Assembly (NCBI GenBank): GCA_030295235.1
Contig: AP026137.1
Location: forward strand, 558,001 to 622,000
DNA: 64,000 nucleotides
DNA from: Fistulifera solaris
Lineage: Eukaryota
Direction of reading: 5' to 3'
A program made the position numbers and the translations under genes. The notes beneath the pieces were generated by a model. The model made no database searches. It saw only the letters and a program-made list of their open reading frames with translations, and was not told where the DNA came from. Position 1 is the first letter of the stretch, and each line of letters starts with the position of its first letter. This document shows, in pieces, positions 34,145 through 46,820 of this stretch.

Positions 34145-34552
34145 AGGATTTACAAGTTACAAGAATCTTTGTCGAGCCGAAGTGCTATTTTTGTAATAAT
34201 TATCGCCTTCGCTGTGTGCTCGGCAGTCAATTACTTTATATTTGGCATTCTATGGTGATAGACGTTTAGAATCCCTATAGAACGCCGTCTTTGCAGCAAA
34301 CTCATCATGGGTTGCACGGATGAACAGAAAACTTGAAGCGATAGTTTGAAGCATACAGATATACTGTAAGTAATGGTGCCTCCGCGTAAAATAATTCAAG
34401 CAGAATTTCAATCAGACGGACATTCTGTCATTTGTGGCTTCTCTTAAACAAGATCTGACGGATATTCTGTCTGACGTTATTGCCTCGGTTAAAGACAAAA
34501 ACGCATTGTTTCATTTTATTTTCTTCGTTCACTTTTGTTTGCGATACCAGGT

Positions 34553-35353
34553 ATGATAAGGTATTCTATTATGCATCTACATTCTCTCCACAACTTCCTG
34601 TTTGTCTTTGTTATCTACTTGTGCTCGTTGCCGGTCAATGGGTGGTCGATACCGAGCAACAATCAACAACAACCTACCGTCACTCGTCTGAATGTATTTC
34701 CCAACCTCGGAGACCTCTTTACCGGCGGCAAATTGGTACCACAATCCAAATTGGCATACGGAGATCCACTGTTGGAGCGTTCGGAAGAGCAACGAACCTT
34801 TGCTGTGCAAGAGAAACTGTTCAGTTGGACGGGCGAAGATTTTGATGTCTACGATGAAGCCGACAACACTCCCTACGTCCGAGTCCGCGGGGCACTATTG
34901 CACTTGCCCGGCAAGGACAAAATGCGCATCGTGCGGGACGATCAAATTGTCGCGACACTCGATCGCAAATTAATTGCTTTGAAACCAACGTATGATATTT
35001 ATCGCGGTGACTGCCAAGAAAAAATTGGTTGGATCGAAAAAGCCATTATCAGTTTTACCGATACGTTTGATTTCTATGCCGAATGCGAAAAGGTGGGTCC
35101 CTTTGCGGCATCCCCGGCCTACAAATTGGAAGGTGATTTTCTGCAACGGAACTTTGTCATGAAAAATGCTCAAGGTGAAACTGTGGCCAAGGTGATCGAG
35201 GATCGACTCATTGAATTCGATCGATTCGATCATTATCAATTGCAAGTGGCGGCAGGGATGGATCCCGTGCTCGTGATTGCTTGTGCTTGTGCAATCGATG
35301 AAGAACTAGAAGAAGAACATGAAAAGAAACGAAAAGAACGCAAAGGCGAATAA
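34553..35353 (+). CDS. LURP-one-related (tubby C-terminal / scramblase-like) protein, probably plastid-targeted
   Basis: Motifs EKLFSWTGEDFDV, LEGDF and YQLQVAAGMDPVLVIA. Signal peptide followed by NG-W. Confidence 0.8.
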   Translation: MIRYSIMHLHSLHNFLFVFVIYLCSLPVNGWSIPSNNQQQPTVTRLNVFPNLGDLFTGGKLVPQSKLAYGDPLLERSEEQRTFAVQEKLFSWTGEDFDVYDEADNTPYVRVRGALLHLPGKDKMRIVRDDQIVATLDRKLIALKPTYDIYRGDCQEKIGWIEKAIISFTDTFDFYAECEKVGPFAASPAYKLEGDFLQRNFVMKNAQGETVAKVIEDRLIEFDRFDHYQLQVAAGMDPVLVIACACAIDEELEEEHEKKRKERKGE

Positions 35354-35403
35354 CGTAGGAGTTAACAGTTTTTTGTTATAAAAAAGGATGCACCGTGGAA
35401 AAT

Positions 35404-36497
35404 CTATACCCAAAAATGAGCGGGGACACCCTTTTGACGTAGCTTGTAAAAGAGTTCTAAACTATCCTTGACAGTTCCTCGAATTTGGCTTCCCCATTGT
35501 CGTTCTAATTCTTTCAAACCAACATGATGTTCAAAGTAGAATTGATCAATCAGACCCGCTAATTCGTCGTCGTCCAGTAGTTGTTGCACCAAGGCCATTT
35601 CCAAATGGGGCGTGTCAATATCGAGCTTGACAATAATTAAATCATCCTCATTAAAGTTCTGTTTGATGGTGGTAAACGGATTCAATACGTTCCCGGGTTC
35701 GACCGAGACACCCACATTGATCCAATGATAGGCCGACATGAAATGCGGTGGTAGATTTTGTAGACTTCCGCCGGTTCCGTCGGTTTCAACTCGAAGGCAT
35801 ATATATGATCAAAAGGAAATCCAAAGCGTCGAAACAGATCCATCAAATAAAGTGCCGGACTCTCTCCATAAAATTGGAGCGATGCTCCCATATCCACCAA
35901 CACAATCCGTGACGTTCGTTGCAAGTTGCGACACAGAGTTCCAAAGTCGTGGACTAAATAGTTGAGATTCAACAAATTGTGGCGCCGTGTTTCACAAAAG
36001 ATGGGATGCCGCATCGGTGGCAACAAGGGTTCGACATAGCCCGCTTTCGAAGTATAAGAGAGTTGTTGATTGGGGAGGCCCGCCAACATATCCACCGATT
36101 GACAAACATCGTTGTTGGCCCGCAACCGCAAATCGGGAATGGTGGTTCGAAAGGCTTTGACGCGGGCGGCATACTCGTCCAAATCCCGACGATATTGCAT
36201 CAATTGTGAGTGTATTGTTGAGACCGACGGATCGTTCCAAATCCGACAACCCTGTGCTGGTGATTCGTCGTAACCCAGTTCATGGACATGTTGTAAGACA
36301 TACGATTCGACGGGAGCGGGCGTATACGATGGCGGTGTCCGTGAGTGAGTGAACAATGAGTCGATGGTCGTTGGTTCGCAATGGAGGGGGTACAGGAAAA
36401 CATAATGAATCGAGCAAAGGGCGACGACGAGACACAGCAATACCCACGGTGTTGTGGGAATATTTCGCTTGTGTTTGAAGTTCAGTGATCGTCTCAT
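35404..36497 (-). CDS. Type II membrane methyltransferase-fold (FkbM-like) protein, 1 frameshift
   Basis: N-terminal TM segment. Motifs VDMGAS, IYAFE, VKLDID and FEHH. Indel at ~35755. Confidence 0.65.
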
Positions 36498-36979
36498 GGT
36501 GAATTTCTTGAAATGAGAATGCGATAACAGTTTGTAGTTAAAATTCTAATGTATATTGCTGTTATTTCCTTGTTGCTGAGATGATTGATTATGCCGTTAA
36601 TGTGCTATGTTGTGTTTTCACCAATGACATCGCGGATCGTGCGTGTCGTCAACGTGACGTCGAAGCGATCGGAGTGGGTCATCACTTCGATCGATTAGGG
36701 CTATGGTTGGGCGGGGCAATGGATACAATATCGTACCGGTTATACTACTATCAGCTACAATGTTGTCGCAGGGTATGACGCGCGCCAAGAAAGTACTCTC
36801 CCGTAGGTATCTTTTGACGCTCGATAATCTTCGCCTTTTTGGGTTCTTTTTGGTAACGAGGTGTCAACGCGAGGACGAGAAGAAAAACGGTTGTGTCCAC
36901 CGATCTCATCGACACTTTCATTTCCGCAAGACAACAAATAATCTTTCATTCATCAAAGAGCTCATTATTGTGTTACAGA

Positions 36980-38323
36980 ATGCTTTCGACCTTACGTACA
37001 TCAACAGCCACGCGCATCGCGACGCGTCACTTGTCATCAACCGCCGTCGACCCCGTCGTCGTCGTCGGAGGCGTCCGATTGCCCTTTGCGACCACGTCCA
37101 GCATTTATCACGATCAAATGGCGGTCGATTTGCAACGTTTGGCGATTCATGGACTTTTGACACAAACTGCACTCGACAAGAATCTCGTCGATTACATTGT
37201 CTGCGGCAATGTCATTCAAGAAGTTCGTACCAGCAACATTGCCCGCGAAGCCGCCATTCAAGCCGGTTTGCCGCATTCCATTGGGGCCCATACCATTGCG
37301 CAAGCGTGTATTTCCGCCAATGCGGCCATTTGTACGGCGGCCGAAAAGATTTTGACGGGACACGCGTCCGTCGTCATTGCCGGGGGGTGTGAAACCTTTT
37401 CCGATGTGCCGATTCGTTTGAAACGACCGATTCGTCAAAAACTCATTACCATGCCCAAGGCTATGAAGAAAGGAGGTCCGTTGGGAGCCGTGCGTCATTT
37501 GTTGAAGGGCCTGAAATCGAACGATTTGGGCTTGGAGACACCCGCCATTGCCAATTACACGACGGGGGGAAGTCATGGGCGTCAGTTCCGATCGTCTCAG
37601 TGCCAAATTTGGTGTTTCGCGTCGTGAGCAGGATGAATTTACCGTGCGTTCGCATACATTGGCCGCCCAGGCGCATCAAGATGGTTTCTATCAAGACGAA
37701 ATCATTCCTTATAAAGGCAGTACGGCGGAAAATGGAATCAAGGGGATTCGACCTTGGAATCGGTGTCCAAGCTCAAACCGGCCTTTGTGAAACCCAATGG
37801 AACGCACACGGCAGCGAACAGCAGTTTCTTGACGGACGGTGCGGCCGCATCGTTGCTCATGAGTGAGAGTAAGGCCAAAGAATTGGGATTCAAGCCTTGG
37901 GCCTATTTACGCGATTGGTCCTTCAAGGCGTGCGATCCCTTTGAGGAATTGCTGCTGGGACCCACGTACTGCTCGCAGCAAGTACTGACGCGGATGGGAT
38001 TGAATATGGAAGAAGATATTGGTGTATTCGAGATTCACGAAGCCTTTGCCGGTCAGATTCTGTCCAACTTGACCGCCATGTCCTCTCAAAAATTCGCCGA
38101 TGACAACTTTAACGGCAAGATGGTCGGGAAAGTGGATATGGACAAGATGAATACCAAGGGTGGCTCGTTGGCGGTAGGACATCCCTTTGGAGCCACCGGA
38201 TCTCTTCTTTTGACGACAGCTTCCCGTCGCTTACAACAAGAGAATCAGCGCTTTGCCTTGATTGCGGCCTGCGCGGACGGTGGATTGGGGCATGCTTGCA
38301 TCTTGGAACGTTATGATAACTAA
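36980..38323 (+). CDS. Mitochondrial 3-ketoacyl-CoA thiolase (trifunctional enzyme beta / HADHB-like), 2 frameshifts
   Basis: Motifs QACISA, NSSFLTDGA, HEAFA, GHPFGATG and AACADGG. Indels in the G-runs at 37564-37569 and 37742-37745. Confidence 0.92.
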
Positions 38324-38406
38324 AATGAATGACTTGAAACAAATATTACAATGAATGTCTAGCCAATGTTGTTGTCATTATTTGTAGTGCAATGTGAAAA
38401 TAGGAT

Positions 38407-39761
38407 TTAAAAATAAGAGGTGGCTGATACAGTATTGGAGGATGGCCGAAGCCCCGTCAACTTGTCAGTTGAGTGGTGGTGATTCGTCGCTTGCTGCACA
38501 ATTTGTTCCACCACACTCTGTACTTGTTCGGGGGTGAGATCCGTGAGTTTCCTTAGCACTTTCTCGGCATCTTGTTGGAATTGGTCGATGGGAACATGAC
38601 CCACATTTTGGTAATCCAGAGCAAATAGTATGGGAAAGATTTGCGGGACGCCGAACGGCTGCAAAACATGTTTCAGCATGCTAGCAGACACACAATCCGC
38701 GGGAACTTCGCAGCATGTTAATTTGGCATATTCACGCCACGGACAAAGTGATGTCCCGGAAAAAGATGCGAATCCATAATAGTGTCGTCTTCGGAATCGG
38801 TGGAGCTGTCGGTGACACTACTGACACCCGGCACGGGAGGAGATTGTGGAATGGTGGTATGCGCGGCATCATGGGAATGATGATGATGTAATTTTTCGAT
38901 GTGATTCTGTTGTACGTTCTGCAACAATTCATCCATATCACTGCCCGGTTCTTCTTCTTTCACATGCCCAATGATTTTGGCGGGTGCCCCGACCGCCGTG
39001 GCGCCTTCGGGAATCTCCCGCAAGACTACGGAACCGGCACCGATCTTCGATCGATCCCCGATGCGAATATTCCCCAATAAACTCGCGTTGGCTCCAATCA
39101 AAACATGTTCTCCGACTTTGGGATGCCGATCCCCCGTTTCTTTCCCGGTACCGCCCAACGTCACTCCGTGTAAAATGGTGCAACCATCGCCCACCTGCGC
39201 GGTTTCTCCCACGACAATGCCGGTCCCATGATCGAACAGTAAGGCCGCTCCAAGTTGCGCGGCCGGATGGATATCGAGTCCAAAAACGGCACTGACTTGG
39301 GATTGCAAAAGAGGGCCGTGTACGTGCTGTGGGCCTGCCACATCCGGAAGGCGACCCGATGACACACGGTAGCGGCAAAGCCTTTGCTAAATAAAATGAC
39401 TTGTAAGGGATGATTCATGGCGGGATCGCGCCGTACGACGGCACGTAAATCGTGATAGACGGCCGCGTGCATGGTATGACCGAGTTCGAGGACGTCCGAC
39501 GTGAAGGCCTCGCGAAAGACTTGTCGTAAATTCATGGGACAAAACAAACACGGCTCACTCGAAGAAGTTGGGAGCAATCGATGACAGACGGTTTGTACGA
39601 CCATATCCGTCCAGGTTTCGACGGATGGATGCAACGCCGTACTTTTCAAAAAAGAAACAAAGTGCGGGCTCTTGTTCTAAAATGGTCCGTGCCTCCGAGA
39701 GCAACTCTTCCGTAAACGCCGCGTCATCGATCGCGGCGGAGAATTCCGATATTCCCGGCAT
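38407..39761 (-). CDS. SAT: Serine O-acetyltransferase with C-terminal extension, about 3 frameshifts
   Basis: Motifs RDPA, KGF, DIHPAA, DHGTGIVVGET, TLGGTGKETGDRHPK and GAPAKII. Start and C-terminal joins are approximate. Confidence 0.88.
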
Positions 39762-39995
39762 TCAAAGCTTATTGATAAGGGCAAGTGAGATTATTTGTTT
39801 ATTTGAATATTCACTGAGAGAAAGAAACAAGCTTATAATTGCGTTAATTTTTGTTCTGCATTAACAACAGCATCACACTTCTTTTCTGTTCCGAGTGTTC
39901 CGAGTATGGGCGAACTTATTCTTGTTTCTTTCAATCAGAAAATCTGTGGGAGTGGAATTCCAATATCACCCAGATTATCTGGGACCTGGGACTTG

Positions 39996-40567
39996 GACGC
40001 ACAACGGAACCCTTTGTTGTTCGGTTCATGACTCATGACTACTGTACAATCCAGTCTTGGCTGGCGTAAACCAACACTCCGTGTCATAGTGGAAATTCAA
40101 GGTGTCGATCCTCGGATTTTCGACGTGAAAATAGAAGAAACTCTTATTATGTAGTTCAAAATCATCGTTGTTGCGACTTTATTTACCTGTAATTATAAGT
40201 ATATTCGCAGTTGAACGACAATGGACGGATGCGAGAGACGCAAAACGGAACCCTTTGTTGTTCGGTTCATGACTCATGACTACTGTACAATCCAGTCTTG
40301 GCTTGCGTAAACTAACACTCCGTTCGATAGTGGAAATTCAAGGTGTCGATATCCTCGGATTTTCGACTTTCGACATGAAAATAAAAGAAACTTTTCACAA
40401 GTAGTTCAGAATCATCGTTGTTGCGACTTTATTTACCTGTAATTATAAGTATATTCGCAGTTGAATGACAATGGACGGATGCGAGAGACGCAATACGCAT
40501 GACGACTGTACCATCCAGTCTTGGCTGGCGTACTCCGTAGACTAGTTTTTAAAATCATCTTTGTTGC
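39996..40567 (-). repeat. Recent tandem array (241 bp + 250 bp + deleted third copy) of the dispersed repeat family
   Basis: Near-identical units start at 39996 and 40237, with a partial at 40487. The reverse complement shares actatgac...agtgttggttta and ttctatttt(c)acgtcgaa with 30830-30899. Confidence 0.9.
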
Positions 40568-40641
40568 AGGATTCATGAAAAAATGGCTAGGCTAGAACGA
40601 AATACGACCAAAATAATTAATAAATAAATCTGGTGCGACCT

Positions 40642-42169
40642 TTAGTTTTGCATACGTTTTCGAATTTCTTGTTCCATTCGCACCTCACAGAATTGCAGCG
40701 CTTGTTTAATTTGCTGATTCTTGGGTTCCATTTTGTGCGCACTGGCCAAGATGGGTAAGGCTTCTTCATATCGTTTCATGGCATGCAAGGCCAATCCTAA
40801 ACGAAATTGGGCCTTGATGTAGTCCGGGTTAATTTTCAACGAAGAACGTGCATCCTCTTCAGCCTTCTCGTGCTGTCCCAACTTAAGAAAGCAAGCCGAT
40901 CGATTGCCATAAATCACGTCCAAAGGGAACAACTTGTCGTCTCCCAATTGAGTCGACTTGTCCAGCGCTAAACTGTACTGCAAAATAGCTTGTCCATATT
41001 CGCCCGCTGCAAAGGCTTCGTTGCCGCGCGCTTTGAATTGCACACATTCTTCCAAAGCGAATTTGATCGAGTCCGTCAAGACTTCTTCCACCACATTTTC
41101 TTCTTCGTATGTTGTGGTTTCACGTTTCGTCACCAGTTCCTTGCCGTCCTTATCTTTGATTTTGATCATGTCTTCCGCCATGGCCGTGGCCATTTTCGTG
41201 GCTTGCGCCCGTCGCTCCTTCTCCTTTTGCAAGTCTCGTTCGGTCAGTGCTACTGTATCCGCCTTGATGACTTTTTCTGTCACCCAGGCCCCATCCACCA
41301 ACTGTGTGACAAAACGGAACTCTTCCTTGGTCGCCGCTCCGACCGCTTCGGCACCGTCTTGTTCGTAATCGGCCGTCACGGACGATTCCACAATCCCCAT
41401 CCCGCTCCAATTGGACCGACATTTGACTCACACCCGCATGAAAGAGTTTGGGATTCGTACTCGGATCACGGAACTGAATGGTCACATTCTCACTGAGATC
41501 GGCTTGAATGGTCGTGACGACGGCCGTCGGGTCACAGATAATGTGCATATTCCGGCAGCGGTGAAACTCGACCGTTCCGGTAATGAATTTGCACTTGATC
41601 ATGACCGTACAGTTTTCGATATTCTCCAACACAAGTTTGATAAGACCGTGCACATGAGTGGGTTTGTCGTTCTCGGTCGGCACGCTGTTTTCGGCGTCGT
41701 CGGGGTACGATTTGGGATTGCGGAGGGCCGACGCAGGGACTTGTGATTCCAACAAACTCAAATCTTGCGTTAGCACCAGTTTACTCTCACTCGGAGACGT
41801 TCCTGTCACGTCCCGTATCATGACAACCCGTTTGAATGCGTCCATATGATCACGCGTCAAGCGAAAGACATTAACGCCGTCGTGGAGAACATTTTCAAAG
41901 GTCTGTACGAAGGATTCTTGTCGATTTTTGAATTTATCGAGCTTCGCCTTTGTTTTCTTTAACAGTTCGGCTTTTTCTCGTTCTTCCGCTTCCGCTTGAC
42001 TGCGTGCGTACTTGCCGTCGAGACCCAAGGCGGCCTTGGTGGCCTCTTCTTCCTCTTGTTCCGTTTGTTCCGTCTCGCTCACTAAATCGCGCGTTACTTT
42101 GTCCCATTTATCGTAGTCGGTACGTCCGGCCACTCCGGGAGTTATTTGACTGTGAGTAGTAGTTGCCAT
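40642..42169 (-). CDS. TPR protein with N-terminal DYDKWD motif and CAP-C / beta-helix-like domain, 1 frameshift
   Basis: TPR motifs (KARGNEAF, YGNRSACFLKL, KAQFRLG) and beta-helix-like ENIENCTV / FHRCRNM. Indel at ~41395. Confidence 0.8.
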
Positions 42170-42792
42170 GGTTCTAATGGTAGATAATGAAAAGGAAATC
42201 AATGGAAATGGCGAAAGGTGAGGTGTGTTGCAACGAATGAATGTGCTTGATGAAGAAAATGTCTCTTTTTGGCGCGCATGTCGCAGCCCTCTTGGGCGTA
42301 CGACTGAAATTTCGGATAATACACTTTATACGATAGTGCGAACGAGCACGGACAAGACCGCCGAAATGACCCGTCAATCCGTCCATCCGGATCCAAAAGG
42401 GAAAGGAAAAGGAGTCATACTTGTGACGGACAGACGGTGCGCGCGCCATCTTCGTGTACTGGCTATTATGAGATTAGACGTTTTATAACGGTTATAAAGT
42501 AACAGTAGGACTGATATTCGATTTCCCGCCAACTAGCTATTTAGAGAGTTGAGACGCGGAACACCAAAAATGGATGCAATGCGCGGCGCTTCATTTTCCG
42601 TCGGTGATGATGCGTATGAGAGCGATGAAAGCATATGAGAAGCCTCTTCGAACCATAGATACTGTTGATTGATTGACTAGGAAATCCATTGTCATTCATA
42701 TTCTTTGTAAGCGCTAGGCCGCCTCGTGTTTTCAGGGATAGAAAGCCTTAGTGAATTTGTGACAAATACATTCGTTGCTTGGAAACGACACT

Positions 42793-45330
42793 GAAATGCC
42801 ACGTCGGAAATTGGATCGAAGCCGTGCCGCACGGAAAAAGGAAGAATCATCCGGTTCAGATGCGTCCAAGTCGAGTGAAGAGGACTTCGAATTGAAGAAT
42901 GACAACGAGGAATCATCGGATGAGTCGATTCTTCCGCGGAGGACCCCGAAAAGAATAGTTCGCCGCGGAAGTCGCTGTCGTCTGGATCTAAACGAAAAGC
43001 TATTGTACATTCGGATGAGAGTTCGTCGGAAGAATATCAAGAGAGTGACAATGACGAAGAAGAAGAAGAATCGGGTGCATCAATTCATCAGCAGCGCAGG
43101 ACACCTCAAAGAAAAACACCACCGTCAAAGTCTCCGTCGACGAAGAAGAATCAGAAAGCGATAAAGCTATCGAAGGATAGTTCGTCGGGAGAAGAATATC
43201 AAGATGATAGTGACGAAGGAGAGGAATCGGATTCATCGGTTGACCAGCGCAATTCACTGAAACGGAAAAATCCTCCGTCCAAGTCGCCGTCGACGCGAAA
43301 AAAGAATAAGAACACAAAAGACGTGTTGGAGGATAGTTCTTCGGACGACGAAGAAGAGGTTGCTACAAAGAAACGAACTCCTAGCCGCAAAACAGCTGCA
43401 CGATCGACAGCTGTTACTCCTTCTCAGCAGACACGTCGAAAGATGTCACCTCGTACTCCACCCAAACTGAAGCCGTCCCCTCCTCGCAGTCGTCGCAAAC
43501 AAAGAGGGCGAAATGACGATGACGACGAAGAGTTTGTTCCGTCAAACGATGTCCTCTCTGCGGACGATGACGACGAGGAAGAGGAAGGAGAGGATGTCTG
43601 GACGGATGAAAATGAGTCGGATGACGATGATGATGAATCTGAGCGGTCAGATGCTAGCAGAGTCGGAAAAGTAGGTGACATCAATGAGATTGGAGACGCC
43701 AATGAATCAAGCGACGATGATATACCAGTCAGGAAGCAAGACGGACTGGGCGAGATTGGCGTCACCGAAGACTCTAGCGACGACGAGGTCGCTCAGAAAC
43801 CATCTTCGTCAAAAAGCAAGCAAATATCTCATGCTCGACAAAATTCTAGCGAGGCTTCGAGTGACTCTTCGAGCGACGATACGGAAATTAAACCCGCAGC
43901 ACGGTTCCATAAACACAAATCGGGTTGTTCTCCGGGAAACGGCGTGTGCACCACCACTCATGATGCCATTACACTCGAGGAACTTTCGTGGCCTCACATT
44001 TGTTTCTTTCCACCGGAGGGGGAGCGACAATGCTTTGCATTGGAGACGTTGCGTCAAATCGCTTTAACGGCTGGACACCCTAAGTTTCGTGATGATCGTG
44101 TGAGAGAAACGACACAACAGACGTACTTGCAACCTCCTCATTTCCGTACTGCTATTTCGGACGAATTGCTCGACCAAATAGCCTCTCGTTTCGGTCGAGA
44201 CGCACTGGACTTACACAGCTCGTACCATACTCGACCGCTCCGTCCTGAACGACCTCACAATGCCGACGGCGAAGATAGCGATGATGATGACGATGATTAT
44301 CATTACGACATGAGAACGAGCAACCCCGTCATGTGGGATATGGTACAGAAATACATGGGTCGCACCATGGGGTCTACGGATCTTTATGTATGCCCGATGT
44401 GTTACCGGGTTGCTCACAAGAGGGATCTTTCAACGAAGCACCAGAAAAAGTCACCGGGAAAGCTCTCAGACGAGCAGCTGAGCGAGCTCTACACCACCCA
44501 TTATACAATCGATCCTATGCGCGTTTTGGGATCTGTGGATGGTGGAGATCTTAAGTTAGCCTCCTTGTTCTGCTTTCGGAAGTTGCCGCAGCTCAAGCAG
44601 CACTTGCGAGAAGACCACGGCTTGGATACTACTGACGTCGATGGCAACGATCTTTACAAAAAGTATAAGGTGAATTACACGCGCTCGAAAGTGTTGCTCC
44701 TTTGTCGGTGGCCGTCATACCTCACCCTTTTCTGGTTAGATTCGAGCTACCGACGGTTTGTTACAAACTTTCTTGAACAGTGGTCAACGAAGTTACATAA
44801 AGTCCATGCAGAGTTACTGGTTTGATGGAAACAACCAGGACTTTATTTATCTATTGAGTCTGGTCCGTAACGCAGAAAAAATACGCGATATGGGAGGTTA
44901 CGATTCCGACAATCCCGCTGTTCAAACTTTAATGGATGCTGCTCGAGATTATTTTGAGTCTTTTGCAGGAATTGTGGATAGGCTTTGGAATTTGACCGTT
45001 GACCCTTTCCGTAAATACGATGAGAATATGGACGACTTCATTGACGACGTGGGAAGCGACGAAGAAGTCGTCGACGATGACGACCGCAATATGCATCGAA
45101 CACTATTTCGAGATCAAGATGATAATAGTAGAGACGCTGATCTTCAATTTGCTCGCGAATTAGAGAATCGGTACCGTCACGAGCTAGACGATTACGACGA
45201 GGACGATCAATCAGCCTCCGGAGGTGGCGATTTAGTTGATTCGGAAGAGGAAAGAAGCGACGGAAGGGGTGAAGAAGAGGACGATTCGTTTTCAGAGTCA
45301 GAAGATGAATTTGACAAAAGATGAGATTGA
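42793..45330 (+). CDS. Large acidic low-complexity protein with a C2H2-like zinc-binding region, several frameshifts
   Basis: Asp/Glu/Ser-rich tracts, YVCPMC...LKQHLREDH and an intron at 44670-44739. Both ends are uncertain. Confidence 0.6.
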
Positions 45331-45501
45331 AGCGCGGAAAGATCGGTCAACGTCGAGTTGTGTCATCGGCTGCGAAGAGACGACGAGCAAGTCCACAAAA
45401 GAAAATCATTACTATACATGACACTGATTCAGAATAAATTGTGATAAATTTACGAAACAATATGGTGCTTATGTAAAACAGAGGGCTTTTGCAAGACGAT
45501 A

Positions 45502-46497
45502 TCAGACAACTCTGGATGCATGATCACTCTCTCGCGTCCACCACGCGTAGAATTCCTCGTACGCAATCTTTTGATCAAAGTTTTTGTCTACAAAGGAAGG
45601 AACACAGAAGAGGATATAGTAAGTCGCGATTGTTAGTAATGCAGCGACACCCGCGAAAGCAACGTCAACGACGTACCTAATGCCAGATAAAACGCCGCGA
45701 TCTCGTTTCTCGTCATAGTCACTCCTGCATCGTTGACAAAAGCCGTTAACTCCTTAACGTCGAGACTGCCATCACCATTGGCATCGTGTTCTTTCCATTT
45801 CTCTTTCAAAGTAGTTTCATCTTTGACGGCAAATCGAACCAAGCGCATCTGATTCGCCGTGGCCATACCGACGCCCATGGCCACGACACCTACGAAAATC
45901 ATAAAACCTCCCACGGCCCAATCCAACATGTTGACATTCGAGACTTGTAGTGTACCTATTGAAGCGAAAGTGTGAGCGGCGGAGCGGGGGAACGAATCAT
46001 GTCACAATTCAATAAGCTAACTCACCGACAAAGAAAAAGAAAAGTCCTCTTCCCCAGGTATAGTCCAAGAATTTAGCGTAGGCTTGCGCATGAGAATACA
46101 GGGGAACCTGATTAGCAAGTGTTGTTCGTGAATGTGAAATAAGACTGTTTCATAACTTACAATGAATCCATGTTTGAATTTTCTGTGAGCAAATGATGGG
46201 AAAGGGCGCATCCATAAAGACGATGATGACGCCAAACACGACACCATACACAGCCATGAGACTGCGAGCAAAACTGAAAGAAAAGAAGCGTTCCAAAATG
46301 GCTAGACCATTGGACACGATCATGGCGAGGCCGCCCAGAAAGCCCAAGATGCGAAAGGTGAGAGGGCCTTCCCTTTGCGCTTGCTGTATCGTTTGTGCCG
46401 CATGATTGAAGAAGCTGGCGCCGCCCGCCGCCGCTGTCGATACGACTCCTGCATCGAGGAGGGGCTTGGTTTCTGCTGGGTTGGTGGAGGATGACAT
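45502..46497 (-). CDS. COPI-associated / Tvp15-like membrane protein fused to two EF-hands, 4 exons
   Basis: Four TM helices with YAKFLDYTWGRGLFFFFVG. EF-hands DANGDGSLDVKE and DKNFDQKIAYEE. Introns at 46083-46160, 45956-46025 and 45588-45676. Confidence 0.82.
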
Positions 46498-46820
46498 GGT
46501 GTTTTGAACGATCTGTTTCGTGTCGAAAAGTATTCGCGTTCAGCTCATTTTTATTCTTCTCGCGCAAAAGATACGAAGAGGAAAAAATGAAGTCTACCGA
46601 TGCGACTTATGTATCTTCAAGTGAGTTTAGTCGGGACTAAATTTTGTTGAATCACAGTAGAACTAGCCTATACCCTCATACACTCTAGATCATAGTGCAA
46701 TATCCATATCTTTAAGCGGATAAAAACGAAGTGCGACCTTTTTCGCTTTTTTGGAGCTCGCATTGTTGATTGCATTCTCGTCTCCAGAACTCATTGTCGA
46801 CGAATCTTTCTCATTTCATC

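Noticed and set aside
37560..37750. Programmed ribosomal frameshifting in thiolase and other genes
   Set aside because: Shifts go in both directions, lie in varied homopolymers and share no slippery or stimulatory motif. Sequencing error is simpler.
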